Assembly: GCF_001194135.2 (NCBI RefSeq) | Contig: NC_068995.1 | Span: 36,285,157-36,338,452 of the forward strand | Length of the DNA: 53,296 nt | DNA from: Octopus bimaculoides | Taxonomy: Eukaryota | Direction: 5' to 3' | Shown: positions 35,027-48,422 of the stretch, one piece after another | Layout of the letters: each line of letters starts with the position of its first letter | Numbering within the stretch: position 1 is the stretch's first letter | Position numbers and translations under genes: made by a program | Notes under the pieces: generated by a model | Told to the model about the DNA's origin: nothing | Database searches by the model: none | What the model saw: the letters and a program-made list of their open reading frames with translations, nothing else

Positions 35027-35144
35027 ATTTTAATGGGAGAAGGCAATATTCATTCGATATCGTGAACCTTGCCTCCCGTTATAAACCAACACATGAAAAG
35101 CAATGAACATATTTCAGCTTTATTAGATCTACAACAGCAAGTAT

Positions 35145-36216
35145 AAGACATGGCTGTGTAGTGAGAAGCTTGCTTCTCAACTACATGGTTCCAGGTTCAG
35201 TCCCACTACATGGGACCTTCAGCAGGTGTCTTCTACTATAGCCTCAGGCCAACCAAAGTCTTGTGAATGGATTTGGTAGACGGAAACTGAAAGAAGCCTA
35301 TCGTATATATGTGTTTGTCTTCCTATCACCACTTGTTGTTATGTTTATGCCCCTGTAACTTAGCGGATCGGCAAAAAAGACTAATTTAATAAGTACTAAA
35401 CTTTAAAATAAAAGGTCCTGGTGTTGATTTGTTAGACTAATTTAATGCTTGGTGAAAAGAGAGAGTTGTTAATGTTTCAAGCATAGCTCTTTATCGGAAT
35501 GAGAAAAGTCCAAAGAGAAAGAAGAAAAAATAACACCAACAATCCACATGCAGTTATGTATATATATATTGACAGTGGCCAAACAAGTTGACCAATACTA
35601 TAGGGCTAATCTCACTCAAGTTTTTTTTCCCTCAGGAGCTTCTGTTATTTAGAACTAACCACATATATATAGCCATAGGTTCAGGCTAATCCAAGATATT
35701 TTTCCTTGTAAAAGACTAGCAGTTACTCAGGCAAACAAGTTTTCTCTTTCCATGCCATCAGCGATGTCCATTGGAAAAAGTTTTTCTTAAAAGCTAATAA
35801 AGCATTAATATAATACTGATTTCAAATATCAGAGAGGAGATAAGTCAATTACATTGACCCCAGTGTTCAACTGGCATTTATTTTATCAACTCCAAAAGGT
35901 AAAGTCAACCTCAGTGGAATTTGAACTCAGGACACGAAGACAGATGAAATGTCATTAAGTATTTTGCCTGGCATGCTAACAATTCTGCCAGCTTGCCAAC
36001 TTATCATATAGACTCATAGACCCAGTTTCTGTGGTATATATATAAACACTGCTGGACAGGATGCTGGCCCCTCGCTGGATTACTCATTTTTTGCCAGCTG
36101 AGTGGACTGGAGCAGAGTGAAATGAAGTGTTTTGCTTGAGAACACAACACGTCACTTGGTCCAGGAATTGAAATGGAATTAAAATCATGAGTCAACCACT
36201 AAGTCACGTGCCTCCA
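35145..36216. mobile_element. SINE cluster: type A (35145-35440 plus), type B (35835-36000 minus), type C-related (36015-36216 minus)
   Basis: Motif matches to other copies in this window. Confidence 0.7.
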
Positions 36217-36239
36217 CAAAATAGTACAACACAACACAT

Positions 36240-36510
36240 AGCCATCCATCTGTCCATTTTATTTGCCTGCTATTCCTTGGAGGGTCATGATTAGGATAGA
36301 GTCCTCAGGCACTTCCTCCATTAGGTCCTATCAGAAGCAACTATCATTAGACTTTCTGACTGGATTCCCAAGTGTGACTAACTAAGACTATAGATATTAT
36401 CCAAGCATATGATTCTTGGGCTACCTCTAGGTCTCCTGCTAATTGGCTCAGTTTGAAATATTCATCTTATGAGTCTTTCCAGCAACATTCTAATCATGTG
36501 TGTAGGTAGG
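36240..36510 (-). mobile_element. RTE LINE 3' ORF end
   Basis: HMIRM...SRRPRGSPRIICLDNI...ASDRT*WRK followed by a GATG-type tail. Confidence 0.65.
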
Positions 36511-36597
36511 GGTTGGTGTACTGAATTGGAATTGAAATTTAACTTAGATTTAGATAGATTAACTGTTAAGGAATTTTCAGGGGTTTTTCCCTAATAA

Positions 36598-38319
36598 CAC
36601 TGGGCAACAAAAAAGATTTTTTGTCATGCTATTTAAACATTTTCAGCTGATTTAGGGTAATTTTAGGGTACTGAATCCAAATCTGACATCAGTTTTGAAA
36701 CAGCGCATGTAGTTTTTTAGTTATTCACAGCATCAAATTTTCCAACCAATTGATAATATTCACAAAGTAGTAGGCTATTTCCTTTCGATTTCCATTCATA
36801 TACTCATCACTGATACAAAAATAAGTGCTGATAGAGGGAAATGTAGGCTACCTGTTAAATTGCCTCACAAGATGAGAATTTATTTTACTTTGTTATCGCT
36901 GTAATTATGGTAAAGTTCTCCTCACAGTAGGTTATTCATATTAGGTTATAGGAAGCCACTCAGACCCCCTTTTCTTAATAACTGCTAGTACTGTTAAAAC
37001 AAAGCACATCAAACAGGAGAGCCAGGTTATATGAAAAGTACTTGAGTAGGAAGTTTAGTTATTTATTAAAGTGATCAATGTTTGAAATTTAGAAATGGAA
37101 AAAATTGTTTCATGATAGCCATAGCTTCAGTACATTCTATAATAATTTCAATGATTTTTGTTTTTGAGAAATATATTTTGATGTTTTACAGTAACATTTA
37201 CAGTTGCTTAATTTTATATTTTAGTTTACTGATAAGCTTCCTTGAGTGTTGATTTAGGTTATTACTATATGTATTTATAATGAGCAGAAATGTTTGTGTT
37301 AATCACCTGGACAGCTTTTGTTATGTGTGTGGAAAATTTAAGCCAAATGATCAGAGAAATAAGCCTATGAAGAAATTTTTAAATGCTTACAAGCTTTACT
37401 TTGGGTGCAAAGTTGGGGACCAAGATAAACTGTGAGCACCTCATGGTTGTTGCAAAATCTGCTACATAGCACTAACCCAATGGCTGAATGGTAAACAGAA
37501 AAGTATGCCATTTGCTGTACCAATGATATGGCACGAACCACCATACTGATTGTTATTTCTGCATAAGACCAAATCCAAGATTGTTTATCCAGATTGCCTT
37601 TCAGCTTTAAAACCAGTTGCTCATGCTGCTGAAAATATTCCAGTTCCAGAACCGTCTTCATCTTTTGACAAAGATAGTTTAAGTGAAGAAAATACTGCAT
37701 CTATTTCTATTAAAGGCATGTCGAGTGATACAACAGATCACTCTGATGAAAAAGGATCTTCAAAAAAATTTTCACATTATTGTAATTTTGATAGCAGTAT
37801 AATAATGATACTCTTTACTCTTTTACTTGTTTCAGTCATTTGACAGCGGCCATGCTGGAGCACCGCCTTTAGTCGAGGAAATCGACCCCAGGACTTATTC
37901 TTTGGAAGCCTAGTACTTATTCTATCGGTCTCTTTTGCCGAACCGCTAAGTTACGGGGGACGTAAACACACTAGCATCGGTTGTCAAGCAATGTTTGGGG
38001 GACAAACACAGACACACATACATATATATACATATTTATGACAGGCTTCTTTCAGTTTCCGTCTACCAAATCCACTCACAAGGCTTTGGTCGGCCCAAGG
38101 CTATAGTAGAAGACACTTGCCTAAGGTGCCATGCAGTGGGAATGAACCTGGAACCATGTGGTTGGTAAGCAAGCTACTTACCACACAGCCACTCTTGCAC
38201 CTATAGTGCAAAAATGTGACATGCTAGAGCAAAAATGATTGCAGATTCAGAATCAGCACTACCAAATTACCTATGAGCACCATTTTGTCTAATGGTAGCA
38301 AAAATGTTGTTGCCTAGTA
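36598..38319 (+). mobile_element. Internally deleted Chapaev3-like (CMC) DNA transposon
   Basis: Termini CACTGGGCAACAAAAA and (TTGTTGCCTAGTA); broken ORF from 37280, MSRNVC...FCYVCG...YFGCKVGDQDKL*APHGCCKIC...MPFAVPMIWHEP/HTDCYFC...IVYPDCLSALKPVAH. Family name is from recall of this Cys-rich motif. Confidence 0.65.
37811..38203 (-). mobile_element. Full-length young type A SINE nested in the Chapaev-like element
   Basis: Complete head-to-tail copy with most CpGs intact. Confidence 0.92.
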
Positions 38320-38613
38320 TCAGTATTAAAAGTAGTTCGTTTCTGTAAGTTAATTTGGAATTCTATTTCTATTGCTGATTTTGGAAATTTGTTCACTCTT
38401 TATAAAGCATGTACAAACAAATTGAACATGTTTGCTTTTGCACTGTTTCAGGTGTGTCCATACACCATTATTATCAGGGTGTAAATGACAAGCAAAACTT
38501 CTTTTGATTCTATTCATTCTGCACTATTTCTGTCATCAGAAACAAATCTACTTTTATGGACAATTGACAATAACAACAGGGTCAATAAGTATGACACAGT
38601 AAGATAAGATATA

Positions 38614-39222
38614 TGAGGTCTAATCAATAAGTATCCGGACTGTTGCCATAGTAATGAAGCTAAAGCACGTAGAGAGAAATCATTTGGCACAGATTGTCCT
38701 TGAACTCTGTTGTGCATGTGCACTAAAATTTTGACATTCTAGCTCACTTCCAGGCTTTACAGCAGTGCTTGGAAGGAAGGTGTGTAGTGTGTGATTGTCA
38801 TATTGACCATGACAGAGAAAGTTGTCATGGCGATGCCTACTCAAAGTTGCAGAAAGTGTATGGAGGGGAGTCGTCTATGAGTCACACACATGTGTACAAG
38901 TGGTTTAGACGTTTCCAAGAGGATCAAAAAATGTCAATATTGACGAATGTTCTGGGAGACCCACAACCAGCAGAATTGAGAAAAACATCACAGATGTGCA
39001 TGCCACTATGAGGGGAAATCATTGAATCACCATCCATGAGGATGTGCAGATTAGTTACAGTTCAGTTCAGTCCATTATCACTGCAGATTTGGGTATGAGA
39101 TGCATACCTGCCAGGTTTATGCCAAGACTGCTATCAGCTGACCAAAGAGACACTTGGGTTTCAGTTGCACAAGATTTCCTTGATTGTGTCAAGAACGATG
39201 AAAACGTTTTGAGAACTTTGCA
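38614..39222 (+). mobile_element. Mariner 5' half
   Basis: TA|TGAGGTCT terminus; AYSKLQKVYG...HVYKWFRRFQE and LGMRCIPARFMPRLLS (WVPR-like motif). Confidence 0.8.
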
Positions 39223-39559
39223 TAGGCCCCTGAGCAGGTATCACCAAACTTTTGGCAAAATTTTATGCAGATTCCCTGCTCAACTTTCTCTGTCATGGGC
39301 AATGCGGTGATCACACTCTACATACCTTCCTACCCCATGTTAAAATAAATTTGTTTGAAATTTTAAAGTGTTTCCATTATTTTGCCCAACCTCTGTATGT
39401 GTGGGTGTGTGTGTGTGCACGCGCACACCCTTGTCTAGACATCACATAATGGTTGTAAATGAGCCGCATTGTCATAGAAGTTAGGTTGTTAATTTCCAGT
39501 CACCCGGGGTGGACTGCCCGACTCTTCAGCTGATTTATTGCTTATTAACAATTTAATTG

Positions 39560-40055
39560 TCTACATGGAAGCCCGTTTGGCACCACTGCTGTATCTCCTG
39601 GAAGACAAAGCTCTGCATCTACAATGCATCAGCCCTCTCCATTTTCCTTTAAGGAGCAGAAACGTGCTCCACCCCCTCAAAGACCTTGGCAGAGAGGATC
39701 AACAGCTCTGATAGCAGATCCCTGAGAACCATTGAGAATCTCAGATGATACCATCATGGTTCCAACAAAGAACTGTGTGCATGCATGCATCAGCCTGCAG
39801 CCTCCCTCCTCATAGCTATCTGTCACATGCGCTGGTATGGATGTGTCCTCCATCGCTTTATTCTCATTTGATACAGAAGCTGCAAGCTGGAAGAGGCTAC
39901 ATGGAAGAGGCTACATGGAAGGCCCCTCACTAGATAGTTGGACATGATTGGGGAAGATCTCCAGAGGCATGATGTCACCTTGGAGGATGCTGAGAGGCTA
40001 GCATGGGACCACCAGTGTTGGAGACCACTAGTTGACCTGATTAACTCTACACATG
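39560..40055 (+). mobile_element. RTE LINE 3' ORF fragment
   Basis: KLCIYNAS..GAETC..INSSDSRSLRTIENLR*YHHGSNKEL..RWYG motifs across frames. Confidence 0.7.
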
Positions 40056-40243
40056 GAGACTTCTTTGGGTTCATGAAACTTGGGATGACCCCCAGCCCCA
40101 TCAAGCAAGAACATGAAATAAGCAAGCAGTGTGTATTTGTCATATCAGAGAAAGCATAGATTTTAAAAATTCCAACCAGTGATGATATCAGGTATAAGAT
40201 TCATGACACAAAGCAGCGTTATATTTTTAAAATTTTACCATAT

Positions 40244-40636
40244 AGGTGTAGGAGTGGCTGTGTGGTAAGTAGCTTGCTTACCAACCACATGGTTCCGAGT
40301 TCAGTCCCACTGCATGGCACCTTGGGCAAGTGTCTTCTACTATAGCCTCGGGCTGACCAAAGCCTTGTGAGTGGATTTGGTAGACGGAAACTGAAAGAAG
40401 CTCATTGTATATATGTGTATATATATACATGTGTTTGTGTGTCCGTGTTTGTCCCCCCACCACCGCTTGACAACTGATGCTGGTGTGTTTAAGTCCCCGT
40501 AACTTAGCGGTTCGGCAAAAGAGACCAATAGAATAAGTACTAGGCTTCCAAAGAATAAGTCGATTTGCTCGACTAAAGGCGGTGCTCCAGCATGGCCACG
40601 ATCAAATGACTGAAACAAGTAAAAGAGTAAAAGAGT
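40244..40636 (+). mobile_element. Full-length young type A SINE
   Basis: Head through the aaagagtaaaagag tail; inverted relative to 37811-38203. Confidence 0.92.
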
Positions 40637-41493
40637 ATATTGATCAGATTTTTGGGTGCGCAATCTGGATTTTATTCTGAATATGTTTTAATGATTTTAT
40701 AAACCTTACTGTTTTTGTGGAAATGTCCTTTCCAGTACAATCTTTTAACAGCTTGCACTTTGCTTATTAGCTGTATAACAGAGAAGAGGCAATGCTGTCT
40801 TAAAGCATGGGTACGCTGGACAGTTGTTTGGGGGCCCTTATGGGTCTAGAGTCCAGTTTTGATCTATATATGCTGTACTTTCTTTTAGTAAGTAAATACT
40901 ATAGAGCCCAGTGCATTTGATTTGCCATGGGGCTTACAATACTACTAAAACAGATAGGTATGAGACAGATGCATTCAATGCATGACAAAGGATTTCAAAC
41001 AACTGTTGGTGACTGAGGAATTTTGAGGGCAGTCAAAACAGTGGATAAACTTCAAGGAAAGATATTTTGAGCCAGAACTACAGGAAATTTTATTTTTATT
41101 TTTTCCCTAACATCTCAGCTCAAGTAATCTTTATTTGTTTGTGATTTTTGATTTTCATTTTTATGCTAATGTGGCTGATGAAGATTCCCTTTATTCAAAT
41201 CCATTACCTCCATAGCAGGCTCAAACCCGAGCCTTCACAGTTGCAGGCTTCAAGCCACTGATCCTTTCATATGCATGGTTAAAGTATCGCTAATCACTGG
41301 CTGTTGTTCACATGATAGCATCTCCAGACTGTTCTAGAAGGTTCCATGAACATAGCCTATAAATACAGAGGTAAAAGATGCCAAGTTTCTGAATGTCTTG
41401 AGTCAAATTTTGAATTGCACACTCTCTAGTCATTTTAATGCCTGTATACTTAACCAATGTGATTCTTGCAGCAGACATAACACAGTACATGTG

Positions 41494-41733
41494 TTATTTC
41501 TTTACTACCCACAAGGGGATACACACAGAGGGGACAAACAAGGACAGACAAACGGATTAAGTCGATTATATCGACCCCAGTGCATAACTGGTACTTATTT
41601 AATTGACCCCCCAAAAGGATGAAAGGCAAAGTCAACCTCGGCGGAAGATGAACTCAGAACGTAAAGACAGATGAAATACTGCTAAGCATTTCTCCCGGCG
41701 TGCTGTGCTAACGTTTCTGCCAGCTCGCCGCCT
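41494..41733 (-). mobile_element. Type B SINE, near full length
   Basis: Head GGCGGCGAGCTGGCAGAAACGTTAGC and tail gtagtaaagaaataa. Confidence 0.85.
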
Positions 41734-41843
41734 TGTGCATGTGTATTTATTTACCATGTTAAAACCAGCCCAGTGGTAGACTCTGGAGAGTCTACTTTTG
41801 CATGTTGTATTATGCTATTTTCCTTTCGCTGATTCTGTATATA

Positions 41844-43156
41844 TGAGAGGAAGTCAAAAATTATCTGCACTTTTGTTATAACGTATCTTTATTATTGTCA
41901 CACTGCCTTCTGTGCATGTGTGCTTTTAGTTGGTACTATTGTGGTCACATGATCAAAGTTTGAGCCTAATCATGCCATTTTTCTTTCTGGCTTTACAGTG
42001 TAAGCATGACTGCTCCACTAGCAATGTGCACCAAAGGAGAACAAAGAACAGTGATCCGATTTCCCTGGTCGGAAGGTGTGTCAGGTGCTGAAATTCATTG
42101 AAGGCTTTTAGCACAATATGGGGACAGTGCACTACCACATAGAAGTGTGTATGAGTGGATTCAGAACTTTAAAAGTGGCCAGACAAGCATGATGCTCGAA
42201 GAGGGAGCATGATACCCATCAACCTCTACCACTGACAAGAAGATTCAGCAGGCTTGAGAGATGGTAATGGTGAACCAGTGAGTTATCATCGATGAGGTAG
42301 CTTGTTGTCTGCAGATTAGTCATGGTTCTGCCTATCAAATCATCCACAATGAGTTCAGCTTCCATAAAGTCTGTGCAAGATGGATGCCAAGAGAGCTTAT
42401 TGCAGAGCACATACACACAAATGTGTTAAGGCCTGCCAATGTTTACTGGGTTGCTACAACTTTGAGGGTGAGAAATCTTTGAGCAGAATAGTCACAGGAG
42501 ATGAAACATGGGTCCTTAATTATGAGGCAGAATCCAAAAGACAGAGTATAGAGTGGGAAAATTCTGGCTCGCCAGCGATGAAGAAATTCAAAACTCAGTC
42601 TTCTGCGGAAAAGGTGATGCTAGCCCTTTTTTGGGACTCTAAAGGACCTATACTGGAAGACTGCCTGGAAAAGGGGTGTATGATCAACAGTGCAAGATAC
42701 ACTGCTTTACTGGCCAAGAAACTGAAGCCAGCAATTCGCACCAAATGCCAAAGCCTATTGTCAAAGAAAGTTTTGTTGTTGCATGACAATACATGCCCAC
42801 ATACGGCTGCCCAGACCGTTGAAACCATTAACCAATTGAGTTTTGAGGTGCTGGAGCACCCTGCCTACAGCCCAGACCTCACCCCTTCCGACTATTATAT
42901 CTCTGGACTGTTCAAAGATGGTTTACAAGGTCGTCAGTTTCCTACAGATGAAGATGTAAAGGAAGCAGTGCAAAGATGGTCACACAACTAACCAAAAACC
43001 TTCTTCTTAGAGGGAATACACAAGCTTGTGGACTGCTGGACCAAGTGCATCAAAAAGGAAGGAGACTATATAGAAAAATGATGCATTGTTTATCCCCTGA
43101 TTTTGTGTAAATACATTGAAAGATCGAGAGTGTGTATAATTTTTGACTCTCCTTCA
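41844..43156 (+). mobile_element. Full-length mariner (DD34D), 1313 bp, inactivated transposase
   Basis: About 28-bp TIRs and TA flanks; TGDETW, HDNTCPH and YSPDLTPSD with 34 residues between the 2nd and 3rd D (counted); several stops and a frameshift near 42410. Confidence 0.95.
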
Positions 43157-44400
43157 TATGTTGTAATGCATGAAGATTTTTTGATGCTTAATGTGACAAA
43201 ATTAAATCATGTTTAAATAGTGTAATCCAATTATTATATGCAGCTTTTCCACAAACTCACCATATCTCATTCCAAGTAACATTAGTATAATAACACATCA
43301 CAGCAACACCTCCATTATCACACTTTAAAAAAAAAAAATCATTTATCAATGAGTCATTCCCAAAATAAGTCATAGTCTAAAATACAAGTGAAATTACACT
43401 GATAAACAAGTAATTCCGAAAGTAAAGTTTCCCAAATTACTAGTATTTCTTTTTGCTATATTCTAATATTCTAGAATAGTATAGAGTACTTGACCTTAAT
43501 ATAAATATGATTGCCAGACGACTACTTATATGTTAAATTTGTGACCACATAACTTGTTGTCATCATAGTATTACAAATCCTATGAAACAGGATACACTAA
43601 TTCATTTCAGACAGTACATAAGACAATACCCTAACCTGCTATAAATAGCAACTAAACCTCTCTCAAATCACAATTTATCTTGAAATAAAGAAAAGAAATA
43701 TTGACAGTGTTTTCCATAAAAGATACAATAGTCAACAAGCCCATAATACATAAGTGGGTAATGATAACGACTTTTTAGTTCGTTTCTCTTAAGGTTTTAA
43801 CCGTAAAATAAGCAATTTCCACCTTCTTTCAGCATTGTGATAGTTTACATTATTCTTCTCTACAAAATGAAACTGGATTGCTGTTGGCTTTGATGATTAA
43901 CAATATTTAGTTATTCAATCAGTTATACAAAAAGACAGGATGGTCACAACTGGAACACTCCTGATCACAGGTCTGTTTGATCAGAACTGACAAGAGGCTT
44001 GTGGATTAGTATTAATCATTCGAATATTGGACACAATGTTGCACTGCAGTGTTTGTTCTGAATCTTTCTATCCAGGGCCGGAGCTATGCATGAGGCAAAT
44101 TAGGCCATCACCCAGGGCTCTAAAATCAGGAATGGCACAAATAAAATGAAATTTCTTCATCCAATTAAAAACACAAAGACTTAGTAATAAAGAGAACTGG
44201 AAAGGTCATCGCTGGAATAATGAAAACTGAGGTTGTAGGGTGCATAAAGTTAGGATGGAATTGATAAATGGGACTTGTAACATTAATATTTTTTCCTCGA
44301 GGACATTTCTGGTATAAAAGAACTGGACTAAATGAAGTGATAAAATGAGGAAAGAGAAGGCAGGATCACCATAACTAAACTTTTACAATAATCACTATTA

Positions 44401-45297
44401 CAAGGTGGTATCAAAAAGTACCTGGACTAGTTCTGTAGCATGCCAACAGATGGCAGCACATAGTTGTGTGCACAGTGAGAGCTAGCAGTGAGCTTAATGA
44501 GGCAGTGTGCTGAGTGACATCACTGTGTTTACTTCGCATGTTGTGAAATTTGTGTTTTTCTGATCATGTGTATGCTGTAGTCTGCAATTTTATCATGGAC
44601 AGGAAGTTGGAACAAAGAGCCAACGTGAAATTTTGCATCAAACTAGAGAAATTTGCTGCAGAGACATTGAGCATGCTTTGGCAAGCTTACAGTGACAAGG
44701 CAATGGGTTGTATGCAATATTTTGGGTGGCATGGACACTTCAAAAGTGGAAGAACATCCCTGGAAGATGATAATCGATCTGGAAGACCTGCTGTAAGCGT
44801 CTCCCCTAGAAATATGGAGAAAATTCATCAGCTTGTGCATGAAGATTGTTGGAAGACAATCAATGTTTTGAAGCATTTGAGAGAGAAAATTTGGCAAAAG
44901 CAACTGGATCTATGGAGCACAAAGAATTGGATTCTTCACGATGACAATGAGCCCTGTCACCAAGCTCTCTTCACTTGTGAGTTTCTCGCCAAAAGCAACA
45001 TGGGATCACTTTTGCACCCGCCCTATTCACCAGATTTAGTACCTGCAGACTTCTCAAAGTTGAAAATGCTGCTCAAAGTTCACCATTTAAACACCATTTT
45101 TGAGATCAAGAGCAAATCACAGAAGATCCTCAACTCGCTTACAGAAAACAACTTCCAAGCTGGATTCCAAAATGGCAGGAATGCTGGGCCTGGTGTATTG
45201 CTGCGCAGGTGACTATTTCGAAGATGATGTTAAAACTTAGGTAAATAAGTTGTTTTATTAAACATAACTAGTCCAGAAACTTTTTGATACTGCCTTA
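44401..45297 (+). mobile_element. Internally deleted mariner with both TIRs
   Basis: About 32-bp TIRs caaggtggtatcaaaaagtacctggactagtt; TA flanks; ORF 44550-45212 joins the HTH region directly to HDDNEPCH...HPPYSPDLVPADF. Confidence 0.92.
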
Positions 45298-45416
45298 TAA
45301 CTTCTGAGTCATTGATGGTTGCCTCTATATTGAATATGGGCCACTATTTTAAGAAACAGGCTGCATGAGACACACCTTATTATCAAGTGGGCCACACTAC
45401 TAAAAATACATTATTT

Positions 45417-45792
45417 GGCGATCTTTCGGTACGAGTTCCTAATTATCGACCTTTTCTGTAAAAAGCGTTGGAGAGAAACAGGGAAACGACGTCATAACAG
45501 CGAAAGACATACAGAGAGCACGATTTATTTTGAAGGGTTTAGAGTTAGGGTTAGGTTTATGGTTAGGGTTTGGGTTTTAGGGTTTGCGTTAAGGAATTCC
45601 GTCCCTAACCGTAACCGTAACCGTAACCCTAACCCTAAACACTAACCCTAACCCGGACACTAAAACCCTAACCCTAACACCCTAGTGAAGATCATGTGGG
45701 TGTTACGGAAAAGGCCGAGCTTTGGTAAAGATCGCCGAAGACACTTTTTACAGAAAAGGCCGATATTTAGGAAATCATACTGAAAGATCGCC
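45417..45792. mobile_element. Merlin-type MITE with internal inverted telomere-like repeats
   Basis: About 52-bp TIRs starting GGCGA (6 mismatches); perfect 8-bp TSD CATTATTT (45409-45416, 45793-45800); TTAGGG-like arm 45535-45585 and CCCTAA-like arm 45603-45684. Confidence 0.8.
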
Positions 45793-46974
45793 CATTATTT
45801 TTTTCATAAAATTAGATGTACCATTCAGAAAGTTTCACAAACTGCAGTTTGCCCATGAATACACTCCTTGTTTCCTTTAACTACTAGAAACAGCAACCAA
45901 TCTTCCTCAGACCATATCCAAACATTTCAAAAAAAAAAAAAGTCTTATGGACAAGTCAATTGGTGGTGGTCATGAGCTGGAAAGTCAGAGACCAGAAGTC
46001 GATTTGATCAAGGATAACCTACATGGTGAAAACAATAGAAATTATAACAACAATAACAGTGGCAGTGAGTACAGTGACAGCTGCAGCAGCAACAGCAGCA
46101 GTCCTACATACCTTCCGCCATAACTTACAACTTTATGAGTTGATAAAGAAAAAGTCCTCATTATTAAGATACGATCAACCTTGGTTTATATATCTATAAT
46201 TGGTTCCGCTTTTAGTTCACCCACGTTACCTGGTCAGATCTGAGTGCAGTCATACTCTAACTGTATCACTGTCTACTGACTGATTCAAATCTACATCGAT
46301 ATTTAACTATTAGGTCACTGATTGGAAGAGAAATGATATTTCCCGTATATTTACTTTATATATATTCCTTTGCTTTCTAATTTTTTCTTTCTCTCTTTCT
46401 CCTACTCTCCTTCTCTCACAGATACATGCGTGCACACACACACAGCTTCTTTCAGTTCCTGTTTTCCATTCTTTCTCATACACACGCGCATGCGCACGCA
46501 CACACACACACACACACACACGTTCATTGTACTTTGAATCTAACGATGACAATTCTCTGCTCTTTCATCTGTGGGGCCATTAATATTGTCATGGGCAACC
46601 TGTAGCCCACAGTACTTTCTGAATGGCGCAACTAATGGAAAATAACCTTGAATTTCTTTTAGTAATGTGGCCTGCTTAATGTTGAGCCATATCTCATGCA
46701 GCCCGCTTCTAGAAAAAGATTGCTTATGCCTTCTTTAATGGTTAGACACCTCAATCAATGATGTACTCCTCCAGTCACACACAAAAGCCTGTTAGTGTTT
46801 GGTTAGTAAAAGGCCTTGTGCACCTGTGTTTTTTCTTTCTATTTCTTGCTTCTCCTGATCGTGCCACATATATTTTTCTTGCATCCCTCCAACCCCTATC
46901 CTCAGAAATGAGACAGCCAAAGTTATTTCAGCTTGTTTTTGAACTGCTTTGATACTTTATCCAGTTGTTGCCCA

Positions 46975-47425
46975 TGTAAAAGGTAGATAGTTGTAATAGA
47001 GACATTAGTCTCTCTCTATCACCTTTCAACAAAATTATATATTAAGAAACAGTAGAACAATTAACAACATAATAAAAATAAGTTTTATTTTTGATGATGC
47101 TTGGTTTTACAAGTCCTGTGTCATTCAGCTTAGCAGCCGCTGATTAATTTGTAATCGGTATTGGAAGGTTAAGAGCTTCCTTGATGCATGCCAGAGGAGC
47201 ACGTAGCTATCACATTGATGGCATCGTGGTGAAGAGTGCTTCGTTGAGGAGCGAGGTGTTGCCACGTCGAAGGTGTCATGCTGAAGAGACTTATAAAACG
47301 AAAGTATAACTCTTTAAGTACTAGTTTTACTACGCATGCGCACTCAAGGGGCTTCCGGAAAGGCAAGTCCCTTGAGCATGTGCAGATAGCACTTCCTCAA
47401 TGGCGGCTAATTTCGTGCCACTACA
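46975..47425 (-). mobile_element. Solo LTR
   Basis: TGTA...TACA termini, 4-bp TSD CCCA (46971-46974, 47426-47429), CpG-rich U3-like region with CGCATGCG and CTTCCGG motifs, AATAAA at 47089-47084. Confidence 0.75.
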
Positions 47426-47908
47426 CCCATAATATAGCTAGCTGTTGATAATTTTGTGGTTGAGATGAGTCAAATAACTGCACTACTTGTCTGCACCATC
47501 TCAGATGATTTCTTGTTACTGTAGATTCACTGCTTCTTTGAATTGTTTGTTGATTTGACAGAGGATTTCTGGGCTTGAACCCCATTCCAGATGTAGGGTG
47601 ATATTCTAAAAATTAAGAATTTAAGGTCCAAATAGACTTAAAATTTCCAGTGAAACATTTAAAGTCCAAAAAGACTACAAATTTCCTATGAAATATCTTC
47701 AGTAACGATAATGGTATAACATAATATTTTATTTTAAAGTTGCAGTTCCCATTTTTGAAGGAAAATATGGTTATAATAAAATATGAACAAAGCAGCCAGC
47801 TTTTTGTATATCACTATGAAGCATAATTGAACATGATGACTAATCTTAGGCGATTTGAATATAACCATGAGTAAAATATGTGCACCAGACTGACCACACG
47901 TGTATATA

Positions 47909-47960
<52 letters not shown>

Positions 47961-48350
47961 NNNNNNNNNNNNNNNNNNNNNNNNNNNNNNNNNNNNNNNN
48001 NNNNNNNNNNNNNNNNNNNNNNNNNNNNNNNNNNNNNNNNNNNNNNNNNNNNNNNNNNNNNNNNNNNNNNNNNNNNNNNNNNNNNNNNNNNNNNNNNNNN
48101 NNNNNNNNNNNNNNNNNNNNNNNNNNNNNNNNNNNNNNNNNNNNNNNNNNNNNNNNNNNNNNNNNNNNNNNNNNNNNNNNNNNNNNNNNNNNNNNNNNNN
48201 NNNNNNNNNNNNNNNNNNNNNNNNNNNNNNNNNNNNNNNNNNNNNNNNNNNCTATAGTAGAAGACACTTGCCCAAGGTGCCACGCAGTAGCATTGAACCC
48301 AGAACTATGTGGTTGGTAAGCAAGCTATTTACCACACAGCCACTCCTGCG

Positions 48351-48385
<35 letters not shown>

Positions 48386-48390
48386 CAAAG

Positions 48391-48422
<32 letters not shown>

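Noticed and set aside
45535-45684. Ancient telomere-telomere fusion site
   Set aside because: The arrays lie inside a TIR element with an exact 8-bp TSD, so they arrived by transposition.
46585-46733. Further degenerate hAT-like mini elements (also near 40795-40950, 44075-44125, 49185-49245)
   Set aside because: The ends are suggestive but too decayed to fix TIRs or TSDs.
47330-47425. Host housekeeping promoter (NRF1/ETS/YY1-like cluster; similar at 23985-24055)
   Set aside because: Both clusters fall inside solo-LTR boundaries with direct repeats, so they are LTR U3 sequence; co-option is untested.
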